From positions 137,157-201,156 of the forward strand of contig JAVBPX010000001.1 of NCBI GenBank assembly GCA_031549365.1: a stretch of 64,000 nucleotides of DNA, written 5' to 3'. This document shows, in pieces, positions 10,494 through 18,782 of this stretch. The notes below the pieces were generated by a model. It did no database searches and was not told the origin of the DNA. It worked only from the letters and a program-made list of their open reading frames with translations. The position numbers and the translations under genes were made by a program. Origin of the DNA: Alphaproteobacteria bacterium. Its GTDB lineage: Bacteria; Pseudomonadota; Alphaproteobacteria; Rs-D84. How positions within the stretch are numbered: position 1 is the first letter of the stretch; the number at the start of each line of letters is the position of its first letter.

Positions 10494-10509
10494 TCCGCCC
10501 TAATCTTTG

Positions 10510-10553
10510 TTGTTAATTCGGGGAAAATTAAAAATTTACTCCCGAATTAACAA
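10510..10553 (+). terminator. Hairpin after kdsB
   Basis: TTGTTAATTCGGG...CCCGAATTAACAA inverted repeat. Confidence 0.55.
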
Positions 10554-10625
10554 AATAACATCCAAATAATTATATAATATTTATCCTTGCACTTTTGTAA
10601 AAATCAACTTAATATACCCCCATTC

Positions 10626-10717
10626 GGAGAGGTGGCAGAGCCCGGTTGAATGCGCTCGACTCGAAATCGAGTATACTGGCGACAGTATCGGGGGTTCGAA
10701 TCCCCCCCTCTCCGCCA
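10626..10717 (+). tRNA. tRNA-Ser(CGA)
   Basis: GGAGAGG acceptor, CTCGA-CTCGAAA-TCGAG anticodon arm, long variable arm, GTTCGAATC, encoded CCA. Confidence 0.96.
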
Positions 10718-10932
10718 GACAAGATATTGATTTTACTACAATTTTTTACAAAATCGATAACCCTTGAATTATCCCCGGAATTCGGGGATTTTTTTGATGC
10801 GATTTTAAGGTTATTGCAATGGTATGTGATTTAATATGTGAAAATACGGCGATATTTTGATGTTTACATACAATGCCCGTTTTTGGCAGTGCACTGTTCA
10901 TTGGTGCGAGGAAATTTTAAGGGAGTTTATTA

Positions 10933-10961
10933 TTGACTTTTTTGATGATTTGTGGTATAAT
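10933..10961 (+). promoter_or_regulatory. Strong sigma70 promoter at the island left end
   Basis: TTGACT-17 bp-TATAAT with extended TG. Confidence 0.7.
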
Positions 10962-11054
10962 GCAGAGTATATTAGGACGGATTTTATCCGTCTTTTTTAA
11001 TTTTAGTCCCGCTATTTTTGGCGGGGCTTTTTTTTATATTTTTAAGGGAGTAAT

Positions 11055-11834
11055 ATGAAAAATAATTTTTTTAACGAACAATCTTTAAATTCTGATATTA
11101 AAACTCAGATTATCTTAGCTACATTTAAACTTTGGCTTCAAGACAATAAAAAGGAACAAAATCTATCTTATATTGATCTATTTTCAGGGCCTGGCATATA
11201 TGATGATGGAACATTATCTACACCGATATGTATTTTACAGGAAATTTGCAATAATAAGAGAATGGCACAGAGATTCAATGTGATCTTAAATGATTATAAT
11301 GCAGAATTTATTGCAAAATTGCGTCGTATGATTTTGAATGTGAAAAATGCTAGGTTTATAAAAACTTTGGTTACTTCGATTGGTAATGCTGAAAGTTTTC
11401 AAAAGACCGTATCTAATAATGAACATATCTTCATGTTAATTGATCCTTGGGGATGGAAGGGTATAAATAGAAATTATATTAATAATATGTTATTAAATAA
11501 GGACTGTGATATTGCGGTGATGTTTAATTTTAATCAGTTTAATCGGTTTATGAATTTTGATATCGCAGATGAATTGTTTAATGATTTGTTTGATAAAAAA
11601 ACTTTGCACGAAATACGTAAATTTTGTAGCACAAATCCAAAATCGGAAAGAGAACAATTCGTGATAGATAAATTTGTGAAAATGGTTTGTAAAAATTGTG
11701 AAAATTGTAATTACACGCCATTTAAATTTAAGATGGAAAAATCGACGCGTACAAGCCATTATATTATTTTTATAATTCGTGATAAAGATAGATTTCAAGC
11801 AACGAAAACTTTGTTAAATCAATACTTGGCTTGA
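11055..11834 (+). CDS. Three-Cys-motif partner protein (TcmP-like, methyltransferase-like fold)
   Basis: YIDLFSGPG...STP, LIDPWG motifs; adjacent to DUF5131, its usual partner. Confidence 0.8.
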   Translation: MKNNFFNEQSLNSDIKTQIILATFKLWLQDNKKEQNLSYIDLFSGPGIYDDGTLSTPICILQEICNNKRMAQRFNVILNDYNAEFIAKLRRMILNVKNARFIKTLVTSIGNAESFQKTVSNNEHIFMLIDPWGWKGINRNYINNMLLNKDCDIAVMFNFNQFNRFMNFDIADELFNDLFDKKTLHEIRKFCSTNPKSEREQFVIDKFVKMVCKNCENCNYTPFKFKMEKSTRTSHYIIFIIRDKDRFQATKTLLNQYLA

Positions 11835-11865
11835 AAAATAATATCGTTTCTGGCATAATGTGAAT

Positions 11866-12600
11866 ATGGCAGAAAAATCTAAACTTGAATGGACGGATGC
11901 AACGTGGAACCCAGTTGTTGGATGTACAAAGTACAGCGATGGGTGTATAAATTGTTATGCAAAACCAATTGCAGAACGTTTGTGTAGACAAGGAGTTTTT
12001 GGATACGAAAATGGTTTTAAAATGACATTGCGTCCAGAGCGTTTGGAAATTCCATTGCATTGGAAAAAACCAAGATTAATATTTGTAGACTCCATGTGCG
12101 ATTTATTTCACGATGATGTGCCATTAGAATATATTCAGAAAGTTTTTGCAATAATGAAGCGTGCAGATTGGCATGTTTATACCATATTAACAAAACGATC
12201 AAAGCGTTTGCGTGAATTGGCGTCAAACCTTGAATGGATGCCGCATGTTGTAATGGGTGTAACGATTGAATCCGATAAATATCGTGATAGGCTGGATGAT
12301 TTGAAGGCTGTGCCTGCATATATGCGATATTTATCATTGGAGCCATTGTTGGGACCAATTAACCGATTGGATTTGGATGGAATTGATTGGGTTATTGCTG
12401 GTGGAGAATCCGGACCAAATGCACGGCAACTGGATACAAATTGGGTCAGAGAAATTCGCGATTGGACATTGGAACAAAAAGCTGCGTTTTGGTTTAAACA
12501 GTATAGCGAGTATGGGGGACAGCATAAAGACCCTATTTTAGATGGGGAAAAATATAAGCAATTTCCAGATTTTAAAACCGGAAAACCGAGTCTGTTTTAA
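11866..12600 (+). CDS. DUF5131 / phage Gp37-Gp68 family three-Cys protein
   Basis: EWTDATWNPVVGCTKYSDGCINCYA, FVDSMCDLFH, LTKR, SLEPLLG, WVIAGGESG, FKQ. Confidence 0.92.
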   Translation: MAEKSKLEWTDATWNPVVGCTKYSDGCINCYAKPIAERLCRQGVFGYENGFKMTLRPERLEIPLHWKKPRLIFVDSMCDLFHDDVPLEYIQKVFAIMKRADWHVYTILTKRSKRLRELASNLEWMPHVVMGVTIESDKYRDRLDDLKAVPAYMRYLSLEPLLGPINRLDLDGIDWVIAGGESGPNARQLDTNWVREIRDWTLEQKAAFWFKQYSEYGGQHKDPILDGEKYKQFPDFKTGKPSLF

Positions 12601-12803
12601 TGGCAATGATTTATACAATCGGTTTTAGTGGAAAAACAGCGGACATTTTTACGGATGTTCTGGATGCTGTTGGTGTCAAAAAATTGATTGATATTCGTTT
12701 ATGGCGGGCGTCACGATTTGTTCCATGGGCATCGGGTGCAAATTTGCAGAAACTTTTGGGTGACAAATATTGTTATATGCCGGAATTGACACCAACAAAA
12801 TGA
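12600..12803 (+). pseudogene. Truncated DUF488 family gene
   Basis: IYTIGFSGKT...LIDIRL...YMPELTPT matches the DUF488 N-terminal half, then stops at 67 aa. Confidence 0.7.
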
Positions 12804-13119
12804 AGAAATTATTAAAAAGATAAATTATCGTCTGGGTACAAATGCGGATAAAATAAAACTCATTGAAAAAAACTATAATCGTCCGAATATTGAAGAATAT
12901 TTGCAAATGTTTTCAAAAAACATGGATGGAGTAGATGAGACCAGAATTGCCCACTTTTATTTGAAATATTGCGATTTCAAACATTCCAATGTACTGACGT
13001 GTTTAGAAGGACAAATACTTGATTTTCAGGTTGAACGCGTTATTACAGTAATGGTTATGCTTGTTACATATTTGAGTATGGCAAAATTAGAGCCCTATGT
13101 ACATCCTGTCGGTATTTAA
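12799..13119 (+). pseudogene. Headless gene fragment fused to the DUF488 remnant
   Basis: Frame is open from ~12799 (NEEIIKKINYRLGTNADKIK...) to 13119, with no start codon or RBS at its beginning. Confidence 0.45.
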
Positions 13120-13177
13120 ATATCAATTATCCAGTAGGAAAATACTATTATGGATCAATGCTGTTAGTGAGACTTTC

Positions 13178-13206
13178 TTGACTTTTTAACATTATAATAG
13201 TAGCAT
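13178..13206 (+). promoter_or_regulatory. Promoter of class I LysRS
   Basis: TTGACT-17 bp-TAGCAT; GAGG RBS before ATG 13232. Confidence 0.6.
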
Positions 13207-13231
13207 CCTTTGTGAGAAAAATGAGGTTTAA

Positions 13232-14824
13232 ATGTCGGATAACAATGCCATTCATTGGGCGGATTTTATTGCAGAGCGAATAATTCGTGAAAAAGGCGAT
13301 AAAGATTTATATACTTTGGCCAGCGGAATTACCCCGTCTGGGACAATTCATATTGGAAAATTTCGCGAGATTATAACCACCGAATTGGTGTCCCGGGCGT
13401 TGGTTCGCATGGGGAAAAAGGTACGTTTTATTTATTCTTGGGATGATTATGATACTTTTCGCAAAGTGCCGGGCGATATGCCACAGCAAGAGATGTTAAA
13501 AGAATTATTGTATCAGCCGATTGTCGATATTCCAGATGTTTACGGAACAGAAAGTTCTTATGCTCGGCATAACGAAGTGTCGTTGGAACGTATTGCTCCG
13601 GTATTGGGCATAACAAATATTGAATTTATTTATCAAAGTCGGATGTATCGTAGTGGCGAATATAATGATTTGATTATAAAGGTTATGGATTCGCGAGATA
13701 AAATTCGTGATATTTTACAGACATCTAAAAGCCAGGGGATGGATGAAGAGTTTTATCCTATTGCAACTTATTGCAGCAATTGCAATCGTGACCGAATTGT
13801 TTTTTCAAATTATAATACATCAGATAAAACAGTTGATTATAAGTGTAAGTTATGCAACCACACGGAAAAGTTAAATTTACGCGATTCAAGGCGGCTGAAA
13901 TTGCCTTGGCGAATTGATTGGCCAATGCGTTGGGCATTTGAAAATGTTGATTTTGAACCAGGTGGGACAGATCATTCTTCGGCTGGGGGCAGTTTTGATA
14001 CCAGCAAAGTAATCGTTAGTGAGATTTTTGGAGGGGCGTCTCCGGTTTATGCAAAATATGCATTTGTATTGCCAAAGGGTGAAAGCAAAAAGATGTCTTC
14101 GTCAATTGGTAACGGGTTTTCTGTGGAAAGCGTTTTGCAGGTTTATGAACCAGAAATGATACGTTGGTTTTTTGCTTCGTATAAACCAGATGCGCAGTTC
14201 AGTATGGCTTTTGACATTGATGTTTTGAAGAATTACGAAGCATTTGACCGAATGGAACGCGTGGTTTATGGATTGGAAGATGTGAATGATGACAGGCGTG
14301 CAGTGCAGCGGCGTATTTATGAAATGTCTCAGATAAATTTTGATGGAAAGATTCCGGAACAGATGCCTTTTCAGCCGAGTTTTAGGCACCTGTGTAATCA
14401 GTTGCAAATAAACGAATTTGATATCGAAAAAACCAGAGCATATTACGCCCACCAAATCAAAAATGACATCGATGAACAACGGTATCAAGAAAGGTCCAAA
14501 TGCGCAGTATTTTGGATACAAAATTGTGCTTCGGATGATTTCAAACTTATATTGAATTCCGAAAAACGCAATGACATGACATTGTCGACAGATGAAAAAA
14601 AGTTCGTGAATGACTTGCACAAAATGTTGGAGATTGATTGGGACAATTTAGATGACGAACGCGTCTTACAAAGTAAGGTCGGTGAATTAATTAAGGCCAA
14701 CGGATTGGAAGTACTAAATGCGTATAAACTGTTATATCAGTTACTGGTCAATCGGGACCAAGGACCAAAGCTGGCCGGATTTATTTTGGGTATTGGCAAG
14801 GATAAGATTCTGAATTTGTTGTAA
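13232..14824 (+). CDS. lysK: Lysine--tRNA ligase, class I (LysRS1)
   Basis: HWAD, ASGITPSGTIHIG, SWDDYD.FRKVP, two CxxC, KLPWRIDWPMRW, KMSSS, GPKLAGF. Confidence 0.95.
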   Translation: MSDNNAIHWADFIAERIIREKGDKDLYTLASGITPSGTIHIGKFREIITTELVSRALVRMGKKVRFIYSWDDYDTFRKVPGDMPQQEMLKELLYQPIVDIPDVYGTESSYARHNEVSLERIAPVLGITNIEFIYQSRMYRSGEYNDLIIKVMDSRDKIRDILQTSKSQGMDEEFYPIATYCSNCNRDRIVFSNYNTSDKTVDYKCKLCNHTEKLNLRDSRRLKLPWRIDWPMRWAFENVDFEPGGTDHSSAGGSFDTSKVIVSEIFGGASPVYAKYAFVLPKGESKKMSSSIGNGFSVESVLQVYEPEMIRWFFASYKPDAQFSMAFDIDVLKNYEAFDRMERVVYGLEDVNDDRRAVQRRIYEMSQINFDGKIPEQMPFQPSFRHLCNQLQINEFDIEKTRAYYAHQIKNDIDEQRYQERSKCAVFWIQNCASDDFKLILNSEKRNDMTLSTDEKKFVNDLHKMLEIDWDNLDDERVLQSKVGELIKANGLEVLNAYKLLYQLLVNRDQGPKLAGFILGIGKDKILNLL

Positions 14825-14828
14825 TTCA

Positions 14829-15593
14829 TTACCTTTCTTGTATGTGCTTTCCCATAATGCACTGGCGAGCGATGATTTTTTTGATGTTACTGCCGACAAG
14901 TTGCGATGTTAGAGGGCAATGATAGCTTTTTTTGAAATTTTCAGTGCATTGTTGTAAAGTTTCTGTAAAATTTGGTTTATAAAATTTTCCAATTTCTATA
15001 CCCACAGGGGTGTTTTCAAGATTTCCCTTTGCTATTTCGTTATCAAAATTTTGTTTTGTAGTCGCAATTATATGTTTATTATCAGTGGTATGCAAGTGTG
15101 GTTCAGCCCTCTCCCATTGCGGTTGTGTAGATACAAATTTATCGGCCTCTTGCTTGTATGTTGAGTGTAATAGTGGACTATCTTTTAGTATTATTTTAGG
15201 TAAGTGCAACACCCATAAAATAATTCGAGCATATTGAAATTGCGATAATATGCAATCAGTTAATACGCATGAAGAACTCATAATTGACGGTAGAGAATCT
15301 TTAATGTTATTTGCAATGTATATGAGATCTGAAAGGCATTCTTTGTCTAGGCAAAATCCAAGGTGGTCAAAATCCTTTTGAAGGTCGTAATGCAGTTTCT
15401 TCATGTATTCAAGAAATTTTTTTTCTTGTTCGTGGTTGGATTTTTTTAGTAATATAAAAGTGTCAACATCTGAATTTGTTTTATCTTCACCTCGAGCAGT
15501 TGAGCCACATATAAATGAAAACTCTAGATTGTCTCCGAATATCTCTCGGGTATCTAAGTCCAATTGTTTTATCTGTTTTTTTGTTATTTTCAT
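14829..15593 (-). CDS. Pol-beta-superfamily nucleotidyltransferase with an unknown Cys-containing C-terminal region
   Basis: ICGSTARGEDKTNSDVDTF is the GS..RG....SDxD signature. Confidence 0.8.
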   Translation of the reverse strand: MKITKKQIKQLDLDTREIFGDNLEFSFICGSTARGEDKTNSDVDTFILLKKSNHEQEKKFLEYMKKLHYDLQKDFDHLGFCLDKECLSDLIYIANNIKDSLPSIMSSSCVLTDCILSQFQYARIILWVLHLPKIILKDSPLLHSTYKQEADKFVSTQPQWERAEPHLHTTDNKHIIATTKQNFDNEIAKGNLENTPVGIEIGKFYKPNFTETLQQCTENFKKSYHCPLTSQLVGSNIKKIIARQCIMGKHIQER

Positions 15594-15615
15594 TATTATT
15601 TACCAGTTGCTGTTT

Positions 15616-17073
15616 TTATAAGTATCTTACGATTTCTCTCTGAGGTAGAATTGGTTGTGGAGTAAATATGCCTTTGTAATAGATTCCAGATGCATGCTTT
15701 CCTATACCGCCATATGGTTTGTATCCATGCTCGAAATTGTGTAGATGGTCATTCACAAGTATAGAGTCCGGCATATGGATTTTTTCATCATAAAGTATGG
15801 CTATTGTTTCTTCTTTTAATTTTCCATAAACTGTCAAAAACATAGCTGATTCTTTATATTTTGTATTTTTGAAATAGTTTATAAGTTCATTTTCTGAATC
15901 ATAAGGTTGTATAAAGAATATTGGACAGAACAATTCTTCGTAATTAGCTCCTTCAGAGAGATCCTTTACTATTACCGTAGGATATATCATATTTTTTGAA
16001 GCGTCTATAAGACCTCCATAATAAATATTCTTCCGATTGTTATAAATTAGTTTTGCAGCATTTAATGCGTATCCATCTTTTGTATTAGGCATTATTATCG
16101 TGGATTTTTCAGGATTTGAATTACAGTTTTCATGAATTTCTTTTAATTTATTTATTAAAATTTCTTGAAAATCTGTTAAACAATCTCTTTTCACAAGTAA
16201 TGCATTTGGGGCGGCACAGTCTTGTCCTTGGTTGTATGTTCCAAGCTCGATACATGCTTCGACGGCTTCTTTGATATTTGACCGAAGATTTATTATAACC
16301 GGGTTTTGTCCAGCACCACCAAAGAAACAATATAACTCTTTGTTATACGATCTTTTTACTTTCTTCATGTTTTCATATGTACCTGTAAATATAAATGCCT
16401 TTATTTCATTTCGTGTAATATTGAGAAAATCCTCTCTTCCTCCATAGAATATTTCTATATTTGGCATACTTGATAAATTTAACAATTTATCTAGCTCTTT
16501 AAAAACGTCTTGAGAATCATTTGGATATCTAACATATACTTTCTTACAAATATACGATGGAACAAGAGCAAAACAAACAAAGGAATACAGCAATTGGTTT
16601 AAAGGCATAAATGACGCGATTGGTGCTTTCTCTTTTAAAAAGTATTCCTTATTTATGGTAAGATTTGTAAGAAGGTCTATTGATCTATCAATTTCATCAC
16701 ATATTGTATTATAGGTGGCATATGATGAAAGAGCTTTATAGATATCTTCTCTGCGCTGATTTAATTGAAACGAAAAATTGAGCGCGTCTGTTAAAATTTT
16801 ATCAAAGTCTAGATTATTTTCCACGTCTTTTTTAGAAATATTTGTTCTTTGTCCAAACCAAGAGCCAATTTCCTTTTTACTGAGTTTCTCTGTTTTTACT
16901 ATAAGCCCTAAGTCATTTTTTTCATACTCCAGGCTGAGATTGTTAATATTGTGGAGTATATTATCTTTAGCTTTTGTATCCATCTCATCAAATTTGAGGA
17001 TAAAAGTCAGCCCATTTTTATCTTGTAAAATGGTTCCAATAGGCTGTTTCTTTTTCCTTACTATGAAGTCCAT
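15616..17073 (-). CDS. Divergent aldehyde-dehydrogenase-fold protein
   Basis: PLN (PWN), FTGT, GQNP, NQGQDC (catalytic Cys), EELFCP (EEIFGP), PYGG; AAGGAG RBS. Confidence 0.85.
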   Translation of the reverse strand: MDFIVRKKKQPIGTILQDKNGLTFILKFDEMDTKAKDNILHNINNLSLEYEKNDLGLIVKTEKLSKKEIGSWFGQRTNISKKDVENNLDFDKILTDALNFSFQLNQRREDIYKALSSYATYNTICDEIDRSIDLLTNLTINKEYFLKEKAPIASFMPLNQLLYSFVCFALVPSYICKKVYVRYPNDSQDVFKELDKLLNLSSMPNIEIFYGGREDFLNITRNEIKAFIFTGTYENMKKVKRSYNKELYCFFGGAGQNPVIINLRSNIKEAVEACIELGTYNQGQDCAAPNALLVKRDCLTDFQEILINKLKEIHENCNSNPEKSTIIMPNTKDGYALNAAKLIYNNRKNIYYGGLIDASKNMIYPTVIVKDLSEGANYEELFCPIFFIQPYDSENELINYFKNTKYKESAMFLTVYGKLKEETIAILYDEKIHMPDSILVNDHLHNFEHGYKPYGGIGKHASGIYYKGIFTPQPILPQREIVRYL

Positions 17074-17104
17074 ATTTTCTCCTTGATTAATGTGGACCTT
17101 AAGT

Positions 17105-18604
17105 TTATCTCAACTTTATTTTTTTTAACATGGGAAATGTTAAAACATCTCTGATATTAGATGAGTTTGTTAACATCATGGCGAGGCGATCTGCACCTAT
17201 TCCCATGCCTCCTGTAGGGGGCATACCGTATTCTAAAGCTGTAAGAAAGGCTTCATCCATTTGCATTGCTTCAGGATCATCTGAAAGAGATGCTTGTTCT
17301 TCGAATTTTTTTCTTTGATCTATTGGATTTGATAATTCTGAGTAAGCTTCACCAAATTCAATGCCGCCAACATAGAGCATAAATCTTTCAGAAAGACGTG
17401 GGTTTTGTCGATGTATTTTTGTCAGCGGAGATATATCATATGGAACATCCATTACGAAAGTTGGTTGAATAAGAGTTTTTTCGACTTTTTCTTCAAATAT
17501 AGTTTCTACTACTTTACCCCAAGATTCAGTTCCCTTGAGTCGAATTTTGTGTTTTTGGGCAATGCTATGAATTTCCCTATCGCTCATGTTTATAAGATCT
17601 TCGTTCAGCGCTTCTGATGCTGCGTCTACCATTGGTAATCTTTTAAATGGTTTTTCAAGGTCTATTAAGGCATCTTTCCAAGTAATGTGGAGAGAGCTGT
17701 TGACAGCCATAGATGAATCTCGCAGCAATCTTTCTGCGAGAATCATCATGTCAAAATAGTCTTTATAAGAGCCATATATATCTAGCATTGTGAATTCTGG
17801 ACTGTGGCGATTATCAATACCTTCATTGCGGAAATTTTTACCAATTTCAAACACTCGAGGAATGCCTCCAACAATGAGCCGCTTTAGTTCAAGTTCAGAT
17901 GCTATCCTGAGATAAAAATCGTCTTTAAGAGAATTATAATGTGTAGTAAATGGAGCAGCATTTGCACCGGCTTTTACTGGGTGAAGTATAGGTGTTTCTA
18001 CCTCTATATATCCCTCATCGTGCATTACTTCGCGTATAGCATACATTGCTTTCGCCCTATTGAGAACAACATCCCGAGAGTTTTTGTTTACTATAAGATC
18101 TACGGATTTATTGCGGTATCTTTCTTCGGAGTCTGTTAGACCGTGGTATTTTTCAGGAAGAATATTCAATGATTTTGACAGCATTGTTACTTCCAGAGGA
18201 GTAACAGAAACTGCTCCTCGCAAAGTTTTTTTAATTCCTCCCAAAACACCAATTATATCACCAATGTCAAGATTTTTAAGCATGTTATTAAATTGTGTAT
18301 CTGCTTTTGGATTTTCATTGCAAATTTGAATTTTTCCGGATTCATCTTCAACATCGATGAACATTCCGGAATTTCGGATTGCCATAATTCTTCCTGCAAT
18401 TTTTACAATGTCTTTTGTATCCGCTGTCTTTTCACCAGGTTGAAGGTGGCCAAATTCAGCTATTATATTACTGGCAAGATGCGTTGGTTTGTATATGTGT
18501 GGATATGCGTTTATTCCTTGAGATTCGATGTCTTTAAGTTTTTGAATCCTTATTTCTTTTAAAGAATTTATTGGTGTCTTATTATCTTTTTTTTGATTTT
18601 GCAT
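17105..18604 (-). CDS. lysS: Lysine--tRNA ligase, class II paralogue (full length, with anticodon OB-fold)
   Basis: AGRIM, LPEKYHGL, EVETP, YLRIASEL.LKRL, FRNEG motif 2, EYGMPPTGGMGIGADRL motif 3. Confidence 0.93.
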   Translation of the reverse strand: MQNQKKDNKTPINSLKEIRIQKLKDIESQGINAYPHIYKPTHLASNIIAEFGHLQPGEKTADTKDIVKIAGRIMAIRNSGMFIDVEDESGKIQICNENPKADTQFNNMLKNLDIGDIIGVLGGIKKTLRGAVSVTPLEVTMLSKSLNILPEKYHGLTDSEERYRNKSVDLIVNKNSRDVVLNRAKAMYAIREVMHDEGYIEVETPILHPVKAGANAAPFTTHYNSLKDDFYLRIASELELKRLIVGGIPRVFEIGKNFRNEGIDNRHSPEFTMLDIYGSYKDYFDMMILAERLLRDSSMAVNSSLHITWKDALIDLEKPFKRLPMVDAASEALNEDLINMSDREIHSIAQKHKIRLKGTESWGKVVETIFEEKVEKTLIQPTFVMDVPYDISPLTKIHRQNPRLSERFMLYVGGIEFGEAYSELSNPIDQRKKFEEQASLSDDPEAMQMDEAFLTALEYGMPPTGGMGIGADRLAMMLTNSSNIRDVLTFPMLKKIKLR

Positions 18605-18626
18605 AGATATACCTTTTTATACTTTT

Positions 18627-18699
18627 TGGGGGGCGGTCCGGATTTGAACCGTACCTCTGAGGGAAAACTCAGCGTTCTGCCTAATTATACTACCCGCCC
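18627..18699 (-). tRNA. Non-canonical tRNA-like gene (6-nt anticodon loop UUUUCC; Lys-like?)
   Basis: Reverse complement is GGGCGGGTAGTATAATTAGGCAGAACGCTGAGTTTTCCCTCAGAGGTACGGTTCAAATCCGGACCGCCCCCCA. It has a GGGCGG/CCGCCC acceptor, D-loop GG, CTGAG/CTCAG stem, GGTTCAAATCC T-arm and encoded CCA. Confidence 0.85.
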
Positions 18700-18782
18700 T
18701 ATAATTGTGATGAAGTGATCCCATCAACTTATCATTGTTTATGTCAAAAGCAATTTAAATGTCAATAATTATTTTTTGTTAT

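Noticed and set aside
10646-10834. ORFs overlapping tRNA genes (also 35229-35776 and 55566-55932)
   Set aside because: Spurious frames across tRNA genes
17105-18604. lysS paralogue as EpmA/PoxA or LysX
   Set aside because: It has a full N-terminal anticodon-binding domain and no MprF-like membrane domain
18627-18699. tRNA-like gene as tRNA-Pyl, tRNA-Sec or an att-site remnant
   Set aside because: No CUA or UCA anticodon, no long variable arm, no pyl/sel genes; it is a complete cloverleaf unrelated to the island's tRNA-Ser
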